Positions 40,073 through 48,084 of a stretch of 64,000 bases of DNA are shown piece after piece (the first letter of the stretch is position 1; the number at the start of each line of letters is the position of its first letter). The notes under the pieces were generated by a model. It had not been told where the DNA came from and did not search any database. It saw nothing but the letters and a program-made list of their open reading frames with translations. The DNA lies in the sequence record NC_061440.1; one strand, 5' to 3'. The translations under genes and the position numbers were made by a program.

Positions 40073-40963
40073 TTACATGTCAATATCAAACGATTTTATG
40101 CTGATACCGACGTCGATTGGATATCGTTTCCCTGGAGTACAGGCTGCACCTGCATTAACTGAAAAGTCAGCACTGGTTAGCGTCAGCACTCTGTCACCAG
40201 CAATGAAAGCCATGAGATTGGGTTTCACTTGTTCCGTGTTAGGGTAAGGAGTCAGGCCACCCCTGCCTAAGTACAGTTTAGGGCGTGTGCCTTTGAGATC
40301 AGGAGGATCTGTTAGGCCACCAGATCTACTGAATGAACGTACAGTCAGAATGAATGGTTTGGTCATGTATGTAGGAGTGTCTTTGTACTCCATACGACAA
40401 TCCCACGTAGTGGCAATCGATCCTATTGCGGCATTGGTTGAACCGAAGTTCATCTCCGCTCCGAATGCAACGGCACTCTGCATAGTGAGACTACACAATG
40501 TAGCATCGTATCGAGGACGACAGTTCATATTGTTGTTAGCGATCTGGCTACGCACGTACATACCAAGATAGCCGTCACCTCCATTATATCCTTGAATGAA
40601 TCTAGGTGTCCATTCAGGGATTATCCACGACATACGATTGTTTTCTTCGCCTACTGAGTAATCCGTGTATGAGACAGGAGTACCCGATTTAGCCAACAGC
40701 AAATCATTGAATGTGTAGGGCAGATCAGGAGCAGAGAACTTCAAGTTCGTGTAGTACCTGATATAAGTTTCGTTGCCTGCAACAATCGTTGTATTGCCGT
40801 CACTGTCTAAGCAGCATCGCGCCTTTGATACGTTCGCTATCAAATCAGAAACAGAATTGAACGACGAAGGTACGCCAGAGTCTAACACGGTATCAAACAG
40901 AAATATCTCAGGAAGGTTTTGCGCTTCACTGAAATCAAAGTTGTTTCCATTAACGTATTGCAT
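40073..40963 (-). CDS. MQY-family paralog 1, putative virion surface protein (about 296 aa)
   Basis: Start moved to ATG 40963 after AAGGAGG; N- and C-terminal motifs shared with 41379-42206 and 45456-46313. Confidence 0.7.
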   Translation of the reverse strand: MQYVNGNNFDFSEAQNLPEIFLFDTVLDSGVPSSFNSVSDLIANVSKARCCLDSDGNTTIVAGNETYIRYYTNLKFSAPDLPYTFNDLLLAKSGTPVSYTDYSVGEENNRMSWIIPEWTPRFIQGYNGGDGYLGMYVRSQIANNNMNCRPRYDATLCSLTMQSAVAFGAEMNFGSTNAAIGSIATTWDCRMEYKDTPTYMTKPFILTVRSFSRSGGLTDPPDLKGTRPKLYLGRGGLTPYPNTEQVKPNLMAFIAGDRVLTLTSADFSVNAGAACTPGKRYPIDVGISIKSFDIDM

Positions 40964-41003
40964 GTGAGTCCTCCTTGAGACACGTCCTTGTGTCACATAG
41001 CGA

Positions 41004-41369
41004 TTATGCCACTACTTCAAGGTCATGATCACCAGAGTTCCACACAAGCTCACGAATGTTGCGTGGCATGATGATGCAACCAGACGATGCAGTCCCCGGT
41101 GCTTTGATACTATCACCGTGCATCTGGAACGCAGAGCGGCCGAACATCACGTTCTCTTTTGCTGGAGTCAAATCCATAGCATACGGACCAGTCTTCTGAC
41201 TTTGGCGTGGAGCATTCAGTGTGTAATGCCCTACAGGCAGAGGTCCCATACCCACGATGTTCTGACTATCGTGTTTGTTCTTGTGCTCGCCTTTACCGGC
41301 ATAGCCGGTAGCGACAAGTTTATTAGCCGAGTTATACAGACGGCCTGTTGTTTGCTCATACTTCCACAT
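41004..41369 (-). CDS. Tlde1/DUF2778 L,D-transpeptidase-fold protein (121 aa)
   Basis: GYAG, GPLP.G.Y, GRSAFQMHGD and SSGCII (His...Cys catalytic pair). Confidence 0.85.
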   Translation of the reverse strand: MWKYEQTTGRLYNSANKLVATGYAGKGEHKNKHDSQNIVGMGPLPVGHYTLNAPRQSQKTGPYAMDLTPAKENVMFGRSAFQMHGDSIKAPGTASSGCIIMPRNIRELVWNSGDHDLEVVA

Positions 41370-41378
41370 ATACGCTCC

Positions 41379-42206
41379 TTATAGCTCTGTGTGGTTTTTA
41401 GGGAAATCAATGTACGGGCGTGTGCCCGGTTCAAGATTCGCATCAGTTATAAAATCTACACCTGCGGTCAATCGCATAAAGACATTATCTGCCATGGCCA
41501 TTATTGCATGACTCAGATTGATGGCCTCATCCACTTGCGTGAGGTTCTCACCGAGTGCAGTGTAAGGAGTAGGTCCAGAGTTTTGATACGGACGGTTTGT
41601 ACCATTGGACGACTCGCTGGATATCTGTGTCATGCAGTCGATGAATCGCACGTCAGGAGTGATGCCAGCAAATGCAGGACTGATTGTATTGTATCTGGAC
41701 ACGTATGTAGTAGACCACGACTTGCCTGTAAGTGTCTGACCGTCAGACAGCAGATAACTGACATAGATGGATCGTCCCATGGAGGTTTCTACCTGCCATG
41801 AAGGATAGTTAAGAGTCTCAACGTCACCAGGATTTAAAACAGATACTCGGTCTTGAGGCTGATTGGTCCAATATCGAGTAGGCCCTTGTCTATAGTCTTC
41901 TCCTCCATTAGATGTATGATGGTGGATGGTACCAACATTGCGCGAAGCCGTTGTGATAGTTGGGGCATCAGCGTAAGCACCAGTACCGTTCTTGGCGTAC
42001 TTCAAAAATGTGAGGAAGTAGTTTTCGCCTAAACGGCCTCGGACAGGATTGAGTTGATTGGCTGTACCTAAGACCGTACGCGCTTGACGCAACGTATCGT
42101 CGATGGTGTCTAAGGTAAATTCAGGAAGGTCGTCTTGGTCATCAAAGAACAGGACGGCTGGATGCACCGCTTCGTTTAGAGGTGCGAAACTGGATAAATA
42201 TTGCAT
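41379..42206 (-). CDS. MQY-family paralog 2 (275 aa)
   Basis: ARTVLG...LNPVRGR and C-terminal PGTRP. Confidence 0.7.
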   Translation of the reverse strand: MQYLSSFAPLNEAVHPAVLFFDDQDDLPEFTLDTIDDTLRQARTVLGTANQLNPVRGRLGENYFLTFLKYAKNGTGAYADAPTITTASRNVGTIHHHTSNGGEDYRQGPTRYWTNQPQDRVSVLNPGDVETLNYPSWQVETSMGRSIYVSYLLSDGQTLTGKSWSTTYVSRYNTISPAFAGITPDVRFIDCMTQISSESSNGTNRPYQNSGPTPYTALGENLTQVDEAINLSHAIMAMADNVFMRLTAGVDFITDANLEPGTRPYIDFPKNHTEL

Positions 42207-42249
42207 GTTATATACCTTGGTTTTTTATTGATGTACCACGGCATAGCAC

Positions 42250-42282
42250 AAAAGGGCCTACACCTTTCGATGCAAGCCCTTT
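42250..42282 (-). terminator. Rho-independent terminator
   Basis: Hairpin followed by a T run. Confidence 0.65.
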
Positions 42283-42287
42283 GGGTG

Positions 42288-42425
42288 TCAGACTATGACT
42301 GTCTTGATCACATTACGGTTCTTCTTTGGGTCGAACCATACTTCTTCAATAATCTTGCCCATGCCGAAGTTGATCATCTGCACCGTGCGTCGTGAAACGA
42401 GTTGCAGACGTTTTGACTGGAACAT
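42288..42425 (-). CDS. Small hypothetical protein (45 aa, MFQSKRLQLVSRR...)
   Basis: Below the ORF-track cutoff; AAGGAG SD; fills the gap between the upstream stop and the terminator. Confidence 0.6.
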   Translation of the reverse strand: MFQSKRLQLVSRRTVQMINFGMGKIIEEVWFDPKKNRNVIKTVIV

Positions 42426-42427
42426 GA

Positions 42428-42937
42428 TTACTCCTTAATCATTTTGACACGCGTGTGGTCGAAGATACCAAACGTAGGCACATCATTGTGCTCACCTTCG
42501 TTACCTTTGATTGAGTCGTACCCAGCAAGTTTGAGTATCTTGCTAATCTCGGTGTACTCATCCCACCACATGTAGACTCGCTTATACTGAGATGCAGGTA
42601 TAAGTTTGTTTAGCGCGTCTAACCTTTTAACGAGAGTCATAGCTTCATCTTTGCCCACCATATGTAACTGGAAGGCTTCCATGATAAGCTGTTTCACTCG
42701 TCTATGAATCTCAGCGAACTTTACTTCCGTCCACAGAGAACGGAACTTCAGGCTGGCGTATCGGCCTGGGTCCGCATGAAATTTGTAGAGGCGCCCACCT
42801 TCCGCATACTTATCGGCATACGCACGATCAGGAGTTACCCAAGTCATGTGTTGCTTTTTAGCATGTTCATCTGACCAGTCTTCTGCAAGACCGCGATAGT
42901 AGATTGTGGGCGCACTCAGGCTGACGAAGACCTGCAA
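42428..42937 (-). CDS. ADP-ribosyltransferase-fold-like protein with N-terminal FVSLSA tag (169 aa)
   Basis: YYRG, WVTPDRAYADKYA, GRLY, GYDSI and TFGIFD..RVK follow the ART-PolyVal pattern; TTG start abuts the upstream TAA. Confidence 0.5.
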   Translation of the reverse strand: MQVFVSLSAPTIYYRGLAEDWSDEHAKKQHMTWVTPDRAYADKYAEGGRLYKFHADPGRYASLKFRSLWTEVKFAEIHRRVKQLIMEAFQLHMVGKDEAMTLVKRLDALNKLIPASQYKRVYMWWDEYTEISKILKLAGYDSIKGNEGEHNDVPTFGIFDHTRVKMIKE

Positions 42938-43894
42938 TTACTTGTCCAGACGCTCGAACTTAACGCCATCGTCACTCTGGGTAAAGCGAATGACGCCAGG
43001 GATTTCGAAGCCATCGCGGTTCTTCTGCACAGGAATCTTTTTGTCTTCCAGGTGCATACGCAGTTCGGTCATGACGATGTTGTTCTTACCGATTGCTTTG
43101 CCTTTCAGGCCTTTCGCGTTGTAAGTCACATCACCAGATTTCGTCTTCGTATTGAACTTGATGCCGACAGTATCGAGCAGGTCAGGCAGCGCTTTATGGA
43201 CTTTAGCAGACAGTTCGCCTGGGTCCATCTTCGCAGCTTTGGCGCGGGCTGGTGACTTAGCGCCCGCCACAACGCCTTTACGTGCTTTGTTAGGAGCAGC
43301 TTTCTGCGTTTTCTTAACAGCAGCGCGAGGTCCCATGCCAGGTTTAGCCGTAGACTTCTTCTGACCGATAGCGTCGAAAGCAGCTTCTTTCAAGAACTTC
43401 GGTTTGAAGGTACCACGCTTACCTGTAACGCCGAACTCAGTCAATTTGGTAGAGCGGATTGCTTTCAGTGCCTTGTCAGCACCTACACCAGTTTTGATAT
43501 CAGCAGCAGACAGAGGTAGATTCAGACCACCCAGACCGTGAGCTTTAGCAACCTTGTTCGCTTCCCGCAGAGCAGCCTTAGCCGTTTTGATTTCGGCAGT
43601 AGCTTTCGCCTTCTCAGTTTTACGAGTGGCCATCAGCTTGGTGCGCTTATCACCACGAGGCAGTTGGCGAGCCTTTGTCGCAGCAGTGTTGGACTTGATT
43701 GAGGCAGTAATGCCGGCAACAGCAGCAGTCTTAGCTTTTTTCAAATGACCAACAACAGCCTGTAATTCTGCTTTCTTGGCAGAGTTGACAAGCAGCGTAG
43801 TAACGCCACCGAACTTATGCACACGGTATGCAGGTTTCTTTGCAGCGGATTCTGACACCAGAGAGTCAGCAATATTGATACGAATGAGAGCCAT
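42938..43894 (-). CDS. Lys/Ala-rich basic protein with N-terminal LVSESA tag (about 318 aa)
   Basis: Start moved to ATG 43894 (MALIRINI) after AAGGA. Confidence 0.75.
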   Translation of the reverse strand: MALIRINIADSLVSESAAKKPAYRVHKFGGVTTLLVNSAKKAELQAVVGHLKKAKTAAVAGITASIKSNTAATKARQLPRGDKRTKLMATRKTEKAKATAEIKTAKAALREANKVAKAHGLGGLNLPLSAADIKTGVGADKALKAIRSTKLTEFGVTGKRGTFKPKFLKEAAFDAIGQKKSTAKPGMGPRAAVKKTQKAAPNKARKGVVAGAKSPARAKAAKMDPGELSAKVHKALPDLLDTVGIKFNTKTKSGDVTYNAKGLKGKAIGKNNIVMTELRMHLEDKKIPVQKNRDGFEIPGVIRFTQSDDGVKFERLDK

Positions 43895-43904
43895 TTTGTT
43901 TTCC

Positions 43905-44510
43905 TTATACCAGCGCACGGCCGGGAAGATCGAAGTTTTTACCAGCGGAGTAATCACCCAGCGCTTGGTAGAGAGAGTTACGCAACATCTGTTCGATGAT
44001 ATCGGAGTTATGAGCCGATGCGTCTTTGAATGCGACTTCAATCGAATCAGTTCTCGGATTTACGACAGCGTAACGCAGCGGGCAGATCGTTTGTGCTTCA
44101 CACCAGGCATCAATACGCGGCTGTAAGTCAGGCGTGATTGGGATCTGGAAGTCGGCTAGCGTAAACACTACGCTTTGAATAGGCGGTGGTGCAGACAGCG
44201 AATTGTATTTACCTTTCGTGTCGAGTCGCTCCATGGCCATAGAGGCATCATAGACAGACTGATAACCTTCGCCAACGGTTTTGATATCAGCCATCTTGAA
44301 GCTATGCGTTGACAAGCCTTTGCGAATCAGCTTGGCGATCTTGAGATCGTAATCACCAGAATCGTCAGTAGCAAAGGCAACGAACGCGTAGAAGGAGATC
44401 CCATCAGTTTCGCGCAGCAGACGATGGTCCAACACACGAAAGCCCACGACACTCGAAAGTGCCTGGGCTGTTACCTGAGGCCCCTTAGATAAGGAGACGA
44501 AGATTTGCAT
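43905..44510 (-). CDS. Hypothetical protein with N-terminal FVSLSK tag (201 aa)
   Basis: TAATG coupling. Confidence 0.7.
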   Translation of the reverse strand: MQIFVSLSKGPQVTAQALSSVVGFRVLDHRLLRETDGISFYAFVAFATDDSGDYDLKIAKLIRKGLSTHSFKMADIKTVGEGYQSVYDASMAMERLDTKGKYNSLSAPPPIQSVVFTLADFQIPITPDLQPRIDAWCEAQTICPLRYAVVNPRTDSIEVAFKDASAHNSDIIEQMLRNSLYQALGDYSAGKNFDLPGRALV

Positions 44511-44848
44511 TAACGCAGAGTCTTCAACGCCTGTTTAGCTTTCGCCAAATCAGTGAAGTATTTGGCATCGTCATCGAACTCTGGTTCCATGCGAATCTCG
44601 ATGCCAGATACGTTGAAGCCAATATCTTCATCTTCATCTTTGGTGACCATGCCGAAACGAGCTACGCCTTCTTTGTAGCTAATGAAACGGAAGTCGATGA
44701 TATCTTCCGGACCGCTCAGGTCAGAAGGCATACCATCGTCCAGCAGATCGAAGAACTCTTTCTTCGTCAGCTTAGTGAACACGCTTGCCATAGCGTTGGC
44801 AGAAGTAGACGCTACAGATTCGTCCAGATTCAGTTTGATAAGAGTCAT
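44510..44848 (-). CDS. Acidic hypothetical protein with N-terminal VASTSA tag (112 aa)
   Basis: The MTLIKLNL start parallels MALIRINI. Confidence 0.7.
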   Translation of the reverse strand: MTLIKLNLDESVASTSANAMASVFTKLTKKEFFDLLDDGMPSDLSGPEDIIDFRFISYKEGVARFGMVTKDEDEDIGFNVSGIEIRMEPEFDDDAKYFTDLAKAKQALKTLR

Positions 44849-44850
44849 AG

Positions 44851-45420
44851 TTAAATTCCAACCTGTTTAGTGATTGTGATAACACGCTGGTACCAACCAT
44901 AAATGTTATCTTCCTGGGTTTCATCTGCCTTAGCGATGTTCTTCAACTTCGCAATACGACAGCCGTTGTAGGCATAAGCCAATACTTTGATATCGCGTAC
45001 CTTGACATAGGCGTCGAGTGCAGCGATAGTCTTAGGTCCGATATTTGCAGCAGGGGCAAAATCTGGGTAGAGTTTACCGCGCTGGTTCAGGATATTCAAC
45101 TGGTCTTGCAGTTCAGCAATCGCAGCCGGTGGTCCTGAGTTAACTGCATAGTCAAATACCCACAACGCCAGTTCTTGGCTGTACTTAGCAAGCTGATCGC
45201 ATTTGCAGAAGTCCCAGAAATTAGCGCTGTAGATAGCGTATGCGATTTCGTACGGCAGATTTTGCATATCGCCTTTATAGCCATATGCACGAGCATTCTT
45301 CTCCGTGACACCCCAACGTGTAGGGCCACCACGATCCGCCGCGCGATTTGTATACTTCTCACCACCTTCTCGGTCAATGACCTCGGCAATGGCTTTCTTA
45401 CGAAACGTCAGAGCGTCCAT
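44851..45420 (-). CDS. Glycoside hydrolase family 108 lysozyme with PG-binding-3 domain (endolysin-like, 189 aa)
   Basis: REGG..Y...DRGGPT.WGVT, YW/FW, FDYAVNSGP and GW..R. Confidence 0.9.
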   Translation of the reverse strand: MDALTFRKKAIAEVIDREGGEKYTNRAADRGGPTRWGVTEKNARAYGYKGDMQNLPYEIAYAIYSANFWDFCKCDQLAKYSQELALWVFDYAVNSGPPAAIAELQDQLNILNQRGKLYPDFAPAANIGPKTIAALDAYVKVRDIKVLAYAYNGCRIAKLKNIAKADETQEDNIYGWYQRVITITKQVGI

Positions 45421-45446
45421 AATGAGTCCTCTTATTCGACGTATCG

Positions 45447-45453
45447 AAATTAG
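45447..45453 (-). promoter_or_regulatory. CTAATTT promoter-like motif
   Basis: Recurrent motif upstream of the lysozyme operon. Confidence 0.55.
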
Positions 45454-45455
45454 CG

Positions 45456-46313
45456 TCAGACAGATAAGTTTGAAGATTTGAAGCGCATTCTAGGGCGCGT
45501 TCCAGGCACAGCGTCGAAAGATGCAAAATCAGTGCTATCGAACTTAACGAAACCGCCAAACTCATTCAGATAGCAGAACGCTTTATCCAGATGGACTGTT
45601 TCGTCCACACCCGTTTGCGTCTGATAGAGAAGGCCATCACCAGTAGTTTGCGTTAGATTGGGATATCCGCTGGAGCCACCTGTCACGCCCGCCGATGTGG
45701 CGACTTGCAACAACTGAAAAGGCAGACCAACTGACGCATACGAAGGCCTAACTTCTATGAACTTACAGGCAGGCACGCTTGTATATTGTGCTGCGATACC
45801 GATCATTTGGTTGCCGCCCTCATGAACGTATCTGATTCCTATCTGAGGAGAGCCTGATTGACCGTACGGACAGTTAGCGTCCGATAGTCGCACAGGAGGG
45901 AACACGAGAGTTCCCTGTCCATCCTGCGTGAAGGAAATTGAGCCTTCACCTATGTGCAGAGTTGTATTTGCGTCCAGACCAAGAGCGTAGGACTGAGACT
46001 CTGCAATGGAGCTAATTCCTGACAGAGTTCCGCTACCTATCTGCTTGACTATATCAGTTGTCCGCTCGATCAGAGAAGATCGTGGCTGGGTATACTTCAA
46101 ATTAGGTAGATAGTATTTGTTGTCCTTTCTACCTCGTACAGGATTGAGAAAGCCATTGAATGCCAATACTGCTCGGGCTTTACGTGCGACAGCATTCGCA
46201 GTAGTGAGGTTCGTCAGGTCGATCGTCTGACTTTCGGAGCTGTCATACAGAAATACGTTTGGATTCTGGGCGGACGGTCCCGCCAGTCCGAAAAAAGAAT
46301 GGATGTATTGCAT
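45456..46313 (-). CDS. MQY-family paralog 3 (285 aa)
   Basis: ARAVLA...LNPVRGR and C-terminal PGTRP. Confidence 0.7.
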   Translation of the reverse strand: MQYIHSFFGLAGPSAQNPNVFLYDSSESQTIDLTNLTTANAVARKARAVLAFNGFLNPVRGRKDNKYYLPNLKYTQPRSSLIERTTDIVKQIGSGTLSGISSIAESQSYALGLDANTTLHIGEGSISFTQDGQGTLVFPPVRLSDANCPYGQSGSPQIGIRYVHEGGNQMIGIAAQYTSVPACKFIEVRPSYASVGLPFQLLQVATSAGVTGGSSGYPNLTQTTGDGLLYQTQTGVDETVHLDKAFCYLNEFGGFVKFDSTDFASFDAVPGTRPRMRFKSSNLSV

Positions 46314-46358
46314 GAGAATTACCTCAGTAGAAAGCGGAAGGTGCTACGCGTTTAGATA

Positions 46359-46365
46359 AAATTAG
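46359..46365 (-). promoter_or_regulatory. CTAATTT promoter-like motif
   Basis: Recurrent motif just downstream of a terminator. Confidence 0.55.
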
Positions 46366-46378
46366 CTCCAAGATCGAC

Positions 46379-46398
46379 AAAAGGGGCCGAAGCCCCTT
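46379..46398 (-). terminator. Rho-independent terminator
   Basis: AAGGGGC-TTCG-GCCCCTTTT; core identical to the one at 24636. Confidence 0.8.
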
Positions 46399-46738
46399 AG
46401 AATGTCCAACGCGTTGACCAAGCGATCAATCCTGAGATAATACCGATGTGTGACAGGTACCCGTACTGCAACACATAGCCTCTGACATAGTGCTTCATGC
46501 CGCCCTCATACGCACCATCATACACAGCAGAGATCATCGTGAACGACATAACGTAGGTGAACACATGCCACGTTGTCATCTCCATCACTTCGTTGCAGAA
46601 CACTATTAGGAATAATGAAACTGCCATGATGTACACTGTGCGTTTGGTCTCGGTTAGATTGATACCAAGCACAACAGGACGCATCAAAAAGGATGCGAGT
46701 ATCGAAACCAGCATTAGCGTTTCATAGTCGGCTGACAT
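46397..46738 (-). CDS. Small multi-pass membrane protein (113 aa)
   Basis: Three to four hydrophobic segments. Confidence 0.6.
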   Translation of the reverse strand: MSADYETLMLVSILASFLMRPVVLGINLTETKRTVYIMAVSLFLIVFCNEVMEMTTWHVFTYVMSFTMISAVYDGAYEGGMKHYVRGYVLQYGYLSHIGIISGLIAWSTRWTF

Positions 46739-47043
46739 GCTGCGTCCACCTGATCAGGAGTGATGTGTGCTTTTCTACGCAGGTCGAGTGCCAGTTGCGC
46801 CTTACGTCCTATGCGGGCATACGACTCAAGATCGTCGTCGGAGTAACCGCTCATGCTTTCGCGTACATGAGACAGCTCGGCCATTTGGCGTGGACTCAGT
46901 TCGTTCGACGACTCGTAAAGAGAGGCGTGTTCGATGCGACCTAATCCCATTCCAGGGCAGATGTTCCAGATAGGCTCGGCATTAGGGTCCGTCTGCACCA
47001 TCAACGTACCGTGACGCTCAACGTCATGAATGTTACGACTCAT
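46714..47043 (-). CDS. Hypothetical protein (about 109 aa)
   Basis: Start moved to ATG 47043 (MSRNIHDV) after GGGAG. Confidence 0.65.
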   Translation of the reverse strand: MSRNIHDVERHGTLMVQTDPNAEPIWNICPGMGLGRIEHASLYESSNELSPRQMAELSHVRESMSGYSDDDLESYARIGRKAQLALDLRRKAHITPDQVDAACQPTMKR

Positions 47044-47044
47044 A

Positions 47045-47758
47045 TCAAACTCCCTGGTTAGAAACGTAGGTGTCGGTGATGTTCGCAGTCTTCTCCACGT
47101 TACCGCGAATGTACCCAAGTTCAAACACCTGCACGTTATGTTTGACGACTGCTTCACCTGCTGTCTCACAGGCACCGCTGTGGAGATCAAGGAAGGCCTG
47201 ACACAAACGGTCTGCAACAGGCTTTGCCAAAATCTTCATCAGTGTGTGCCTCTGCATCGCAGTGAGCTTGATAGGCATCGCGTCGATCTCGCGCTCGATG
47301 TTCTTACGACCACCGTTGAATATCCACTTACAGATCGTCGCAGTCAAAGGCTTCTGGTGTGTCTTAGACGGCAAGGTGTAGATGAATGTCATCAGGCTAT
47401 AGAACAGGCTGCCGTCGATAGCGCGTTTCTTTAGGTCATCAAGGTACTGACCAACAGGCTGCAACTTACCACGCTGAGGCTGCATCTCATCCAGCTTGAG
47501 ATCAACGTCGAGGCCGAAACGCTTCAACGACTCGGAATGCCCAAACACATAGACAATATGATTAGGCATATCACGAATGGCAACGGCGTTACGGCTATAC
47601 TCCCGTGCACCAACGACAAACAAATACTTGCGATATTTCTTCGACGGGTCAATGGTGCCGCCGATAGGAACAAACGTTACTCGGTCGGCATGACCTTTCT
47701 TTTTCAGCCAGCCCATAACCTGCTCTGGGCTTTGACGTGTTACCGCGATTACAGGCAT
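47045..47758 (-). CDS. Hypothetical protein (237 aa)
   Basis: GGAG SD; in the operon downstream of SbcC. Confidence 0.75.
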   Translation of the reverse strand: MPVIAVTRQSPEQVMGWLKKKGHADRVTFVPIGGTIDPSKKYRKYLFVVGAREYSRNAVAIRDMPNHIVYVFGHSESLKRFGLDVDLKLDEMQPQRGKLQPVGQYLDDLKKRAIDGSLFYSLMTFIYTLPSKTHQKPLTATICKWIFNGGRKNIEREIDAMPIKLTAMQRHTLMKILAKPVADRLCQAFLDLHSGACETAGEAVVKHNVQVFELGYIRGNVEKTANITDTYVSNQGV

Positions 47759-47760
47759 CG

Positions 47761-48084
47761 TTACTCCACAGTGTTGAGCGCTTTAGCCGTGTACTCACGC
47801 AGAGTACGTTCGATGTTTTCTGCCAGAGTAGGATGACAGATGAGCTGGTGGTCTTTCATGAAGACACGCAGCGACGGACGCATTACTTTGCGCGTCTGCA
47901 TCTTCATGCGCAGCGCACGGTGCATAGCGGTAGCGTAATATTCTTCCTCACGCTCCTCCATGCAGTTCGCATCTGCCACTACTTCGTACTTGGCGAAAAT
48001 GTGTGGATTACGATTGATGTACGCCGGGTCCATCGGCACACTATTCTTTTCGTGATCACGATTGAGTTGACCGAAGATCATCAT
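47761..48084 (-). CDS. Hypothetical protein (107 aa)
   Basis: Overlaps the SbcC stop codon. Confidence 0.65.
   Translation of the reverse strand: MMIFGQLNRDHEKNSVPMDPAYINRNPHIFAKYEVVADANCMEEREEEYYATAMHRALRMKMQTRKVMRPSLRVFMKDHQLICHPTLAENIERTLREYTAKALNTVE

Noticed and set aside
46397-46738. Holin assignment for the small membrane protein near the lysozyme
   Set aside because: Separated from the lysozyme by a terminator and another gene, with no holin-specific features, so left as a membrane protein
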